A DNA stretch of 64,000 nucleotides from Eledone cirrhosa (taxonomy: Eukaryota), in the NCBI GenBank assembly GCA_964016885.1, contig OZ024754.1, positions 7,688,001 through 7,752,000 of the forward strand, given 5' to 3'. A model generated the notes under the pieces. The model had not been told where the DNA came from and did no database searches. It worked only from the letters and a program-made list of their open reading frames with translations. A program made the translations under genes and the position numbers. This document shows, piece after piece, positions 14,490 to 27,142 of this stretch. How positions within the stretch are numbered: the first letter of the stretch is position 1; each line of letters opens with the position of its first letter.

Positions 14490-14913
14490 TAAACCATCTA
14501 AGAATTGGACTTTAAGAATGACCTGTAGTATCTGTTTCATACTATTAACCTTAATTGAATATATATCTGACCAGGAATGCTTTTTGTGAAAATCAGTCAT
14601 ATGGAATTATTGTCATCTTGCCTGACGGTTTAAACTTTACAACACCACCTGCCTCTTTGAGGTCAAATACCAACCCTACTACCATCTACAAACTGAGAAT
14701 CAAGACTATTCCTGCTGACAACTTTAAATTATTCCTAACAAGCTCATATGTCCCAAGGCTCTGATACCATCAACACTATAAACACAGAGCTGGCATATCT
14801 AAGAACTGACTAACTGCCTGATGAGGTCATAGCCATTCAATGGCTATCATCGAAATATATATAGCAGTAAATAAAGGATTATGAGCTCATGCAATTGACT
14901 TATGTTTCGTCAC
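14490..14913 (+). mobile_element. 3' fragment of a Penelope-like element (decayed GIY-YIG C-terminus plus pLTR)
   Basis: Encodes PDGLN (14621-14635), resembling the PxGLN end of PLE ORFs, followed by an intact hammerhead; TA flanks. Confidence 0.65.
14813..14868 (+). ncRNA. Minimal type I hammerhead with (TA)4 stem III
   Basis: ACTGC-CTGATGA-GGTCATAGCCA-ttcaa-TGGCTATCATC-GAAA-TATATATA-GCAGT-AAATAAA. Confidence 0.88.
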
Positions 14914-15214
14914 TATATATATATATATCATAAATCATGTTCTTAGAATTATTAGATAAAATATATACCATTTCCTCTCCCAACTAGCATAATTAACCAT
15001 ATAAAAAATCAATTAGACCAGGCTATAAGAATAAAGGCTCCTATGAAGAAATATTTGATAAATAACCGAAAGCGGCCTCTTTGCGGTTGACCCCAATAGG
15101 GTATTTACCCAACATTTCATAAATATACCGTCAACCATACACAATTAGGTATAAATTTAAAGTTAGAAGAAACGTGTACATACCGTAATTACATCTCTAC
15201 CATGGTTTCGTTCG

Positions 15215-15265
<51 letters not shown>

Positions 15266-15647
15266 GTAGAATAATGGAGGGTTATATCCGTAATAATAAA
15301 GCACTCAGTCCATGGGACGAGTTTGGTAGAAGTAGTTTAAGAACAGTTAGTTCACCATACCGGTATGGTGAACTAGTTGTTGTGGAACTATATATATATA
15401 TATATACACACACAAAAACATGTCCATCAGTTCAGTTTTTTTATATTTTTTCTGTTAGCAGTATTGTATTTCTAGAGAAGACAGTTAATCCTTTACAAGT
15501 TGAAAAATCGATGTAATCTATTTTAAACACAACAAATTATTTGAGACAGTTTAGAGGTGCAATAAAACGTGAATCTCATGTTGCCATTCGGGGGGTCATT
15601 GGAAAGAAACAAAGAAAGATTTATGATGATATATATCTCTAACAAGA

Positions 15648-16035
15648 CTTTCTTCTTCTCCTTCTCCTCGTTTTTCTTTTTCTTCTTTTTCTTTTTCTTT
15701 TTCTTTTTCTTCTTCTTTTTCTTCTTCTCCTCGTTTTTTTTTTCTTCTTTTTCTTTTTCTTTTTTTTTCTTTTTCTTTTTCTTTTTGTTCTTCTCCTTCT
15801 TCTCGTTTTTCGTTCTTCTTCGTCTTCTCGTTCTTCTTCGTCTTCTCGTTCTTCTTCGTCTTCTCGTTGGCTTCGTCTTCTCGTTGGCTTCGTCTTCTCG
15901 TCGGCTTCGTCTTCTCGTCGGCTTCGTCTTCTCGGTCGGCTTCTTCTTCTTCGTTGGCTTCTTCTTCTCGTTCTTCTCTTTCTTTTTCTTTTTCTCGGTT
16001 TTCTTTTTCCTTTTCCTTTTCTTTTTCTTTTTGTT
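15648..16035. repeat. Polypyrimidine low-complexity tract (TTC, TTTTC, CTTCGTCTTCTCGT)
   Basis: Direct reading. Confidence 0.92.
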
Positions 16036-16621
16036 GTTGTTCTACTTCTCCTGCACCTCCTTATCATCTTCTTCCATTTCTTTTCCTTTTTTTACTTCAT
16101 CTCTTTTTATTACAAATACATAAACATTTATTTTTCCCAGCATGTCAATATAATCAGATTATTATTTACAAAACATTTTGAATCCTATCAATTTTCAACA
16201 GATCGTATTTTTTTACGATAGACGTATTTCTTTCTTTCTCTATGTTGTTATTTATTATCATAAAAATGGCGGTGGATTGGCAGTATCGGACCCCATAATT
16301 TGCAGCAAAGAGTTATGGCCCTTTATGGCTGATTTCAAATTCCCTTGTTATATTTCGAATACCTAATGATGTCACCGGATTCATACTAAACCCGGTCATT
16401 GAAATGATCATAGCATAATAAACCTTTCAAGGAATTACACCAGTCCAGCCTCCTGTTATTTTATAATAATTAACTCCGTACTTGCTCCACCAACAACACA
16501 ATCGAAGGTGAGTTACATTACGTTGAGTGCTCTCCATAATATTACATCGAGGTTGAACACTGGAAGGTAATATGCTTAGTGGTAGAGCACTCAGTCCATG
16601 GGACGAGTTAGGTAGAAGTGG

Positions 16622-16670
16622 TTACACAACAATTGTTATCGGTATGGTGAACTAACTGTTGTGTAACCAC

Positions 16671-16706
<36 letters not shown>

Positions 16707-17449
16707 GAGATGTCCCACACGGGTGAATGTATAGGGAAAAGAAATTAAAAATGCAACTTGAGTCTTTTAAGAATATTTATCTATTTTCTTTACTGGTTTC
16801 TAGACTACCATTCGCCACCATTATGGATCAACTTCTCTTACACAACAATTGTTATCGGTATGGTGAACTAACTGTTGTGTAACCACTTCTATATATATAT
16901 AGATATACACGAGATGTCCCACACGGGTGAATGTATAGGGAAAAGAAATTGAAAATGCAACTTGAGTCTTTTAAGAATATTTATCTATTTTCTTTACTGG
17001 TTTCTAGACTACCATTCGCCACCATTATGGATCAACTTCTCTTACACAACAATTGTTATCGGTATGGTGAACTAACTGTTGTGTAACCACTTCTATATAT
17101 ATATAGATATACACGAGATGTCCCACACGGGTGAATGTATAGGGAAAAGAAATTGAAAATGCAACTTGAGTCTTTTAAGAATATTTATCTATTTTCTTTA
17201 CTGGTTTCTAGACTACCATTCGCCACCATTATGGATCAACTTCTCTTACACAACAATTGTTATCGGTATGGTGAACTAACTGTTGTGTAACCACTTCTAT
17301 ATATATATAGATATACACGAGATGTCCCACACGGGTGAATGTATAGGGAAAAGAAATTGAAAATGCAACTTGAGTCTTTTAAGAATATTTATCTATTTTC
17401 TTTACTGGTTTCTAGACTACCATTCGCCTCCATTATGGATCAACTTCTC
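16622..17449. repeat. 204-bp tandem repeat, 4 copies
   Basis: TTACACAACAATTG starts at 16622, 16838, 17042 and 17246; the first unit has a longer TA run. Confidence 0.93.
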
Positions 17450-17862
17450 TAAGCACTCCTGCCATAATAACACTTTTTGAACTGCTTATCCTCAAGAACT
17501 ATGGCCTGTAAATAATATTATTCTTTCTTTCCCATTACCTTATCATGTTCTACATCACCTTATCTCTCCTCCTACATCTTATACCAATACAAATTCCCCC
17601 CCCCCCCGCTTTGATAAAGCATAAAATGCTGAAACCGGTAATTGATAATTATTGAAATAAATAAATCAATGCTATTGTTAATTAATAAATAAATTAACTA
17701 ATTCCTTAACACTTCACACAAAGTAAAATATTTTGTTTAAAACATTTTCTAACCCAGAAAAAAAATAAAAGGGAAAAAAATATATTTTTCTTCCAAATAA
17801 TCGTTTTCTTCTCCCTATTTACATATATATATATTCCAATTCGTGTGCTCCTCCACATTTTA

Positions 17863-17866
<4 letters not shown>
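17450..17866 (+). mobile_element. pLTR-like repeat with U3-A8 hammerhead-like motif (paralog of 42001-42555)
   Basis: TTGATAA-AGCA-taaaa-TGCT-GAAA-CCGG-TA at 17611-17640; long shared tail ending TCGTGTGCTCC..CACATTTTA. Confidence 0.7.
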
Positions 17867-17918
<52 letters not shown>

Positions 17919-18302
17919 GGCGTGTGTGTGTGTGTGTACGCGTTGCTACACACAATACTAGATAAAAACAGAGATGACTTTGAACGTATTCGATCGCAAT
18001 TCGGCATCACTATGGATGTTAGTACAGCATTAATGAAACATTAAATATTGATTATATTAATAACAATGAGGGAAATGATCACGAAGTTAAATATGACGTC
18101 ATGACATTTGACTTATTTCTAATAATTACATTTTAAATGGCAGTGTATCCTTTTGTTTCGAATGTTAATTAATACTCAATAAAGTTTAACATATATAAAA
18201 TATCTTGTATATGCCATTACAGAAATATCAACAGATAAGTTAGGTTTCTGCAATGGTATTTTTTAAAATAACCATTGCAGAAAACAAGAGACACACTATA
18301 TT

Positions 18303-18463
18303 CTCTCACTCTCTCACTCTTTCTCTCTCTCACTCTTTCTCTCTCTCTCTCTTTCTCTCACTCTCTCTCACTCTCTCTCACTCTCTCTCACTCTCTCACT
18401 CTCACTCACTCACTCACTCACTCACTCACTCACTCACTCACTCACTCTGTCTCTCTCTCTCTC
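18303..18463. repeat. (CT)n/(CTCA)n microsatellite
   Basis: Direct reading. Confidence 0.95.
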
Positions 18464-19306
18464 CATATCATTGCTTTCTTTCATTCATATATTTACAAAT
18501 CGATACCTTGATTCATTCGTTTCCAAAATATGTCTGTTATGTATTAAAACAAATGTAGTAGATAGTTTTGATGTAGGTTGTTTCCGCTTGATCAACTCTG
18601 AAGCCCACCCTTCTCTGTCAGACACTTCACACAGTTTACGGCATCCATTTTCTCGGTTGTAGATTCAGTCTAGAACCACTTTTTTTCTTTTTTTAAACTG
18701 AGTGCGATATACGTCTATGGATGACAAGTACTTTTGCTGTTTTACATGTAAGAATCAACAAACATTTGATCAAAACCAGTAACCATCTCGCTATTCTGTT
18801 GGAGATATTACATCAAAGTCTACATCATCTAATCTGTCATTTTCTTAAAGTCAGCAGCGTGTAATTTGAGAAGGTGAGACAACCATGTTGGATTTCATTC
18901 GTTTGTTTGTAGCATGATACTCTCAAATTGTCTAGATGTATTCTCGTTATTCTAAACTACATTACAGGACACACTACAGCAATTCTGAAGATATTGAATA
19001 TCTAAATAAGATATATGATTAAATTAAATATTTAACAGTTTGAGAATGAGATACCAGAAGGTCTAAACCTTGAAGATAATAAATTCTGATTAATTATATT
19101 TAAAGTGACTCTCTTCTGGTATTATTGACATCCAGCCACCACGTTAACTTGCAATTAGATTGTATAATTAGCAATAAATTATTTGAAATAATATTGTTAA
19201 CTGGACAATGGGATATGAGATTTTAATGAAACTTAACAACGTTTTACGATCCATTTGTCAATATAGGAATCTCGATTACATTTAGATATTTGTGATTGCT
19301 TAATGT

Positions 19307-19340
<34 letters not shown>

Positions 19341-19437
19341 ACATTAAGCAATCACAAATATCACAAATATGTCCCAAGGCTCTGATACCATCAACACTAT
19401 CTATAAACACAGAGCTGGCATATCTAAGATCTGATTA

Positions 19438-19493
19438 ACTGCCTGATGAGGTCATAGCCATTGAATGGCTATCATCGAAATATATATAGCAGT
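19438..19493 (+). ncRNA. Minimal type I hammerhead, near-identical to 14813-14868
   Basis: Same motif with one loop II substitution; element spans about 19368-19538. Confidence 0.88.
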
Positions 19494-20132
19494 AAATAAA
19501 GGATTATGAGTTCATGCAATTGACTTATGTTTCGTCAATATATATATATATATATATATATATTAACGTATGTTATTCTAAAATATTCGCTGTTTAATTT
19601 TAATCAAGAGGTTTGGGAAACAATGCAATTTAAAACAAGGATCTTTCTGAGACAACAGTCAATGACCCTGGTATGTTTCATAGTTGAAATTGTTTACCTT
19701 CAACGATTTTTATCATACCTGAAATCTATGGACATCATATCACTATATATCGTTTTACATGACGTCGTCAGAGGTAATGGGATAGCTCCATCGTAATATT
19801 TACTAGGGTGTCCGGGAATAGTGGGAGAAAATATTGTGGCTACCTTCAAACCAGAGAGATGACTACAGTCAATGGAAACAAATACATTATTCTAATTGTG
19901 ATTAAGAACTAGATGTAGCAGTTAAATATAACGATGGATTAAATCAGTCATTAAGAGTATGTCTGCGAGTGTTTATTTTTGTAAGTGTGTCTGATGTGTG
20001 TTAGCACGTTTATATCTATATATATTCATACATATAAATGCATGCATATGCACATACCCACATGCACACAGATATACACATATGCGCCAGCGTGTTGAAA
20101 ACAATTCTATTGTTATCACACAGTATCATTTT

Positions 20133-21116
20133 TGGCAGTATCCATAGAAGGTCGGACGCCATGCTTTGCAGTATAGAGTTACGCCCCTTTATAGTCTGAG
20201 TTCAAATCCCACGAAGGTTCACTTTGCCTTTCATGCTTACGGGGTCGATAAATAAAGTACCAGTATTGCTGGCCTTGTGCCAAAAATAGAAGGAATTATT
20301 AAATATTATAATATTATTATAATATGCAGTGGCAGTGGAATGGCAGTGTTGGTAGAGGGTCGGACGCCATGCTTTGACGCATAGAGTTACGGCCCTTGCC
20401 ATTCTGAGTTCAAATCCCGCCGAGGTTAACTTTGCCTTTCATCCTTACGGGGTCCATAAAATAAAGTACCAGTAATACACTGGGTAATTTGCTGGCCTTG
20501 TGCCTAACGTAGAAACAATTATTATAATATGCATATAATTATAATAATAATAATTGTTTCTAGATTTGGCACAAGGCCAGCAATTACTCAGTGTATTACT
20601 GGTACTTTATTTTATCGACCCCGTAATGATGAAAAGCAAAGTGAACCTCGGCGGGATTTGGACTCAGACCGCAAAGGGCCGTAACTCTTTGCTGCAAAGA
20701 ATGGCGTCAGACCCTCTACCGACACTGCCAAATATTATTGCATATTCTAAAGGGCGGTGGATTGGCAGTATCGGTAGAGGGTCTGACGCCATGCTTTGCA
20801 GCAAAGAGTTACATCCATTTCTGGTGTGAGTTCAAATCCCACCGAGGTTAACTTTGTCTTTCATCCTTACGGAGTCGATAAAATAAACTACTATGTTTCT
20901 AACTTATATTACGAGACAATATAGATGTTACTAATATTTGTTTCTACTTTTGGCCAGCAATTACCCAGTACATTACTGGTACTTTATTTTATCGACCCCG
21001 TAAGGATGAAAGGCAAAGTCAACCTCGGCGGGATTTGAACTCAGATCGTAAAGGGACGTAACTATGTTAGTAAAGCATGGTGTCCGACCCTCTACCGATA
21101 CTGCCAATCCACCGCC
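20133..21116. mobile_element. Cluster of five SINE A copies (+20133-20300, +20330-20523, -20545-20731, +20751-20892, -20938-21116)
   Basis: SINE A consensus matches; TSD ATTATAATATGCA at 20316-20328 / 20521-20533. Confidence 0.92.
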
Positions 21117-21530
21117 GTTTTAGATGTTTCTAATATTATCACTCAATATATTTGTTGTTACGTGTGGAAGAAAACAAAATGGCGTTCGGCTATTAATCAT
21201 GCATCAGTCATCCGCAATGACATTAGATCTGTAAATTCAATGCTGATTTTGTATATTTGTTACAGAAATATGATTTGATTAAACTAATGAGGAGAATCTC
21301 GTCACTATCAGTCGCAAGATAGATACAATTAGCTTCATTATATTTCATAAAATCCGGTTTAGCACCAATGGCAACTGTTTCGACATATCTTATTTCAGAT
21401 TCACTCCGATATACTTTCTAATGTGCACAGATATATGAATGCAGACCTCGTATCGCTGTCTCTTCTCTATCTATCTCTTCGCTCTTTTCTCTCTCACTCT
21501 CTTCACTCTTTTCACTTCTCTCTTTCCCCC

Positions 21531-21575
<45 letters not shown>

Positions 21576-21577
<2 letters not shown>

Positions 21578-21625
21578 AAACAAGCGGTATAAGTCAACAT
21601 TTCATAATTTACTTTTATTACCGTT

Positions 21626-21686
<61 letters not shown>

Positions 21687-21728
21687 AGCGGTATAAGTCA
21701 ACATTTCATAATTTACTTTTATTACCGT

Positions 21729-21761
<33 letters not shown>

Positions 21762-21804
21762 AGAGGTATAGGTCAACATTTCATAATTTACTTTTATTAC
21801 AGTT
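21576..21804. repeat. Three copies of a 50-bp unit separated by (TA)n
   Basis: AAAACAAGCGGTATAAGTCAACATTTCATAATTTACTTTTATTACCGT repeated three times. Confidence 0.9.
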
Positions 21805-21824
21805 ATATATATATATATATATAT

Positions 21825-21867
21825 CGGTGATAGCCACAATTCAACAGCTATGACCTCTTCAGACAGT
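21825..21867 (-). ncRNA. Hammerhead 5' half (14813 family) broken at its (TA) stem III
   Basis: Minus: ACTGT-CTGAAGA-GGTCATAGC...GCTATCACC-GA then running into (TA)n. Confidence 0.7.
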
Positions 21868-22104
21868 TACAAGCAACAAAGGTTTTCTTGGAGAAAATTA
21901 TATATATGTATATATATTTATTTATTAAAATAACAGATACAAGTTTAAGCAAAGAATCACTGCTTTCATCCCACTTCCAGCGATTCTTTGCTTACACTTT
22001 AATCTGTTATTTTAATAAATATTTGCTCTACGGTTCTTATATATTTGATATATATTATCCTTATCGAGCCCTCTTTGGATTTTAGTCTTCAAATTTATTA
22101 TTAT

Positions 22105-22141
<37 letters not shown>

Positions 22142-22472
22142 TAATAAAATGACAGGAGGCTGGATTTGTGTAAATCTTTGAAAGGTTTATTATAGTATGA
22201 TCATTTCAATGACCGGGTTCCGTATGAATCCGGTGATATCATCAGGTATTCGAAATATAATACGTGAATGTAATAGATAAAATCCATGGGGCTGAAAATC
22301 GAGGACCCGAGGGCGACCGCTATTCTGTTCCTTCAACCTCAGCCGGTCGCCCTGGTGTGACGTGGCTAAAGTTTATAGTATGCTACTACCGGTCAGATAA
22401 ACGAAAACAGAAAGGGATGCACACACACACACACGGAATAGACCAGCTCTATACAGTGGTGAACCTCAAACC

Positions 22473-22510
<38 letters not shown>

Positions 22511-22621
22511 GTGAAAAGTGATATAAGACTAAACAATGCAAAATGGGCTTGTAACATGAAACTAACGAAAAGGCAAGTTACAGGTAATCTCTGTTTTGTT
22601 ATTACTGCTGTTTCTCTCGTC

Positions 22622-22657
22622 CTAATATTTCGGGACTTAAAATTCCCTTCTTCAGAG
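22622..22657 (-). ncRNA. Minimal PLE-type hammerhead
   Basis: Minus: CT-CTGAAGA-a-GGGA-attttaag-TCCC-GAAA-TATT-AG; stem I is only 2 bp. Confidence 0.5.
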
Positions 22658-23802
22658 TCTAAGGAACTTTCTTAGAAAAATGTTCCGGTAACAACTCTTG
22701 AAAGTGGTTTATGAAATTTAAATCTAAATTTAATTCCAAAAAGAAGAAACCTTCTGTCGTCTGCAAATTCCAGTCGATTGATTTCATACCCATGAGTCAT
22801 GATAGCACTTCCAACCTGGCTGCGCGTGTCAAATAAAGCATATCCTGTGCCTGGTTCCTGTAATCAATCACCCATAGTTTCTGGCTAAAATATATTTCCG
22901 TAGGAAGGAAACCCGACGAAAAATCACATTTTTTCAACCTGACATTGTTCCCTATTATATAAGAGGACATTTAAATAAATTTCATATATCTAAATAGAGA
23001 GATAGAGAGAGATTCTGTTGTTAATGCTTTCAAATAAATATGTAACAAGATATTTTAATTAGCTGCATTACCTCGATTATTAATTGTAAATTAGAATAAT
23101 TTTTATAGAAGTGAATGTCATTCTGCCATCACTGAAATTATTAATGAAATAACTTGTGATGAAATATGAAGAGAAGCCTGAAATATCTTGAATGATGAAT
23201 TAAATATAAAATTATTTTTAATATGAGAACATTATCACGATCAAAATAATGATGTATTTAAAAAGGACGAAATATATGAATAGATTAAGTTGCCTGGCAG
23301 ACTAAAGAAAATATTTAGATAATTTTAATTTGGAAACCACTGTGGAAATATTAAAAGATAAATGATGTATAAAGACTATAAATTGTTTGATATATTTTGT
23401 CTTTGTCTTATATTGTTTAATCTCTCACATGATTCACATCAGCCATACCAATGGCTGCCATAAGACAACATATTACCGTCATGCTTGAATAACTGCCGCC
23501 ATTACACTGACGGCTATAATTTTGAGGTAGTTTCATTTTAGTTATGCAAATAATCGATTCTGATTCATCTTCAATAGAATGTTTAATACTGATGTTTGAT
23601 ACTGAAAGTTGATCATATATACTTCGTTATTCTAATGTCACAGCTAACCTCACATCAGCTAATATTGAAAGGATAAAATGTTTTATATAGTAGGTAAATA
23701 CTTAAAATAGAATTATTTCTGTTGTTATGAGTTTGTAAAGCATCTAATTGCGGTGTTTGTTTTTTTAACTAACACATTTACGATGTAGTATACTTCTTTT
23801 CG

Positions 23803-24012
23803 ACGGTGTTGGATTGGCAGCATCGGTAGAGCGTCTGACAATATGCTATATGGCATAGTTACACCCCTTTATGATTTATGTTCAAATTTTGCCGAGGTTA
23901 GCTTTGCTTTTCATCCTTACAGGGTCGATAAAATAAAGTACCAGTAACGCACTGGGGTCCATTTAATGCCCCCCCCCCCCCCCCAAAAAAAAAATTACTG
24001 GCCGTGTGCTTA
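23803..24012 (+). mobile_element. Diverged SINE A
   Basis: A/B boxes and central domain recognisable. Confidence 0.85.
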
Positions 24013-24779
24013 TACTCATGCTGATTGCTAGTACTTTAACATATAGATTATTGAGGTTTATGCAATTTACAAGGATATTATGAAAAAGGTTAATGTAAAA
24101 TGCTTTTAGACGGCTATTAAAACTCAGCCTAAAGAAAGTTCAGATCCATTTACATTATCTGACCACTTATAGTGTTGTTGTTGTTATTCTTTTCTTTTTT
24201 TTTCGGGGGTATTATGTAAATGAAAATATTCGAATCACTAATTGAAACGTAAACACGAACCACTTCGCCGAGACAAGACAAGACATGAAATGTATAGCTA
24301 TTACCGCTAGGAATCGACTAACAATTGCTACGATGATGTTTTCAAATGAATTGCATGTTATGTACCGTTTTCTGTTAACATTTTAAACTATATGTTACGC
24401 TACCGGCCCCATAGAAATACAGAAATGCTACCGTTATGACCACAAGCTATCAATTAGATGTACTCTATTCACTAAGATTCACAGTCTCCATCAAATATAA
24501 ATATTTCAAAACTTTCTCTAAGTCGGCCTCGTTCTATTATTCATGAAAATCGCAATAAATATTTAAAATGCAAGATGTATGTATATATATATATACACAC
24601 AACATTTTAAATATTTATTGCGATTTTTCATGAAAACTAGTGCTGTTATCCAAAGGTTATTATCCGACAACTTCATAGAATCAGAGAGGTTATAGACGGA
24701 CTCAGTATGTAAAAGGCCAAGAGATTTCTATTTAATTGGACTAATTATACTGACGAAAACCTCTTACTTGATATGAAGA

Positions 24780-25660
24780 CCTCAAATCTTTATTCCAATG
24801 CCTCGATCTATGTATTATGAATGATAGTAATGCTCTATATCGATTGAGCATTCTTTTCTGTCACTTTCAGGAATAGATGTTCGACATTATGTACATTCAT
24901 AATTCTATCTCATATACTATCATTCCTATGATTTGTAATTCTAACTAAAATTATCAATACTGGGCTTCGGTCCCTGAACTACAAAAATACCTTTGTTAAT
25001 TGAAAACGGAATATAGTTAACTAGTGATCGATACTCAATATTTTGTTGGATTGAAAACATTTCTCTTTCAGGTATATGTGTTCTATATATTACGATATAG
25101 CTTTTCTTGCCAAGTAACCCTCAACCTTGATACATCTTTGAACAATCAATGGTTAATATTGATTCGATATTTTTCTTCAACCTCTTAGCTTTCTCATTGA
25201 TTTCCATTATATACAATACCGATTAAACATAATAAATTCGAAATAAGATCACCCCATTGTAAACGAGGGTAATCTTAGAATTCAATACGCAATATTTACT
25301 ATATTTCCAGGATATATTATGTTTGTTGGAACTCTATTCCTTATTGTATTATCCGTGATATAGTAAGCAGTTCATTTGCTTTCTTCAATGTACAACGAAT
25401 TCCTAGTTTTATCCAATGAATACAAATCTAAGGCTGGTGAGTTGGAAATATATCCAGAGGTCGGGCTAAATAATTTGCTGTATTCTTGTATCGATATAAG
25501 TAACAGTATGGAAGCGATGTCAAATAAAGTTCTACCTATATTAGAAATCGATATATAATCATCTATATGTTTGAATTGATCAGTTAAATCTCTGTTTTCA
25601 TAAGTTTGACTCTTGCCTTTGTTACTAGTTCGATATTATATCGGGTTTGTTTTCGGAGCC
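24780..25660 (-). pseudogene. Decayed Penelope-like RT / GIY-YIG ORF fragment
   Basis: Minus frame FKHIDDYISISN (25540-25575) resembles the PLE RT motif FRYIDDxxSxNN; downstream ALDL; VYEIE..CxxC..LNRY(R)EH (24830-24917) resembles GIY-YIG; many stops and frameshifts. Confidence 0.5.
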
Positions 25661-25761
25661 CATCCCCCTAACGATCGCTCTAATTGTCAATTATCAAATA
25701 GCTAACGTTTCCTCTACCACAGCACATGGAGCTGTTTTGTTTTATATCTAAATACCACGTT

Positions 25762-25799
<38 letters not shown>

Positions 25800-25801
25800 C
25801 A

Positions 25802-26073
25802 TTATCGGAGAAGGTTTTAGCGATACTCCGGCCAAATCCCAACTCACTCAACACACATTAGGAAATACCTGAGTATATTCCTAATTAAACGTTCGGGGTG
25901 CTAGTATTGTGCTAGTATTGTGTGGAAAATTGGCTGTATTATTTCATATGAGACATATCGAATATATCTCTTCCCAGACGGACGTCTCATTTCATTATAA
26001 GATTTCTACAATTTGGGTGAAATTATACCAATTTATGCAGAAGCTTGTATAAGATCAGCAGATACTTATTCAA
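25802..26073. mobile_element. TA-adjacent dispersed repeat, second copy 50095-50363
   Basis: Near-identical GGCCAAATCCCAACTCACTCAAC...CCCAGACGGACGTCTC. Confidence 0.85.
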
Positions 26074-26667
26074 GCAATAGCGAAAGGTCTTCAAAATGTT
26101 TTTAATTAAACATACAATATATTACCAAATATACTATACATACATTCATGTATACATCGCTATTTCAGCGCACCAATCCTAATTTTTAATTTTTGCTGGA
26201 CCGGCAATCTCTCTTTATAATCAGTTCCTGATTATTAATGGAGTTCTATGAGAATCCAGCCTCTAAAACTTTCGGTAGAGGTCGGCGAGTACGTTGCGCT
26301 GAGGAACACCAACAGCGTGAAACATATCTGTCAGCTTCTCTCCCTTCCTTTGCTGAAAAAAGAAGTAAGTGACATAGTCACTACTTTAAAATGATAGCGC
26401 AAGGTCTTCAAAATGTTTTTAATTAAACATACAGTATATTACCAAATATACTATACATACATTCATGTATACATCGCTATTTCAGAGCATCAATACTAAT
26501 ATATAAGAAGATTCCGTTAAGGATGAAAGCAGCGTTTCTTTGCTTAAACTTTAATCTGTTATTTTAATAAGTATTTGCTCTATGGTTTTTATATATTTCA
26601 TATATATTTATCCTTATGGAGCCCTCTTCGGATTTTGGTTTTCACATTTATTATTAGTACTATATAC

Positions 26668-26732
<65 letters not shown>

Positions 26733-26738
26733 TGTATG

Positions 26739-27142
26739 TTTTCTCTTTCTCTTAATTTCGAGTATATTTTTTTGACCGGCCACCTTCCTGGTGGCAAGGT
26801 TGTAAAAGAAAAGAAATTGTCATCCCTTGAATCGCAAGAATGTTTTGCATATTTTGAAGGTGCCAGCTATCGCAGCCATTTGTAGACTATGAATTAGGGA
26901 GCTGCGCTTTTTGTCCGCAAATCCAAGTTCGGTCATACTTTGGTCCAAGCGGGTTGGTATATAACCCGTAGCACCAATAATGATGGGTATGAAGCTAAAG
27001 GTGTATCTTGGATACTGGATTTGTAAGCTCCTCATCAATGGTCCGTAGATGTCCTCCTTCTCCTGTATTTTTCTGACAACGTTTACATCAAGTGGGCAGC
27101 TGATCTCCACAACAGAACACGTTTTCAATGTGTGGTCCCAAA
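26739..27142 (-). mobile_element. 3' fragment of an R4/Dong-like non-LTR retrotransposon (restriction-like endonuclease end)
   Basis: WDHTLKTCSVVEISCPLDVNV..K..EK...Y..L...PIIIGATG (ORF 26820-27128) plus 3' UTR; flanked on both sides by (TATG)n. Confidence 0.82.

Noticed and set aside
15569-16181. Poly-Phe and Arg/Lys-rich (protamine-like) ORFs
   Set aside because: Products of a polypyrimidine simple-repeat tract.
25975-26070. Hammerhead in the 25802/50095 family
   Set aside because: Core reads CTGCTGA or CTGTTGA, and stem I cannot be formed.
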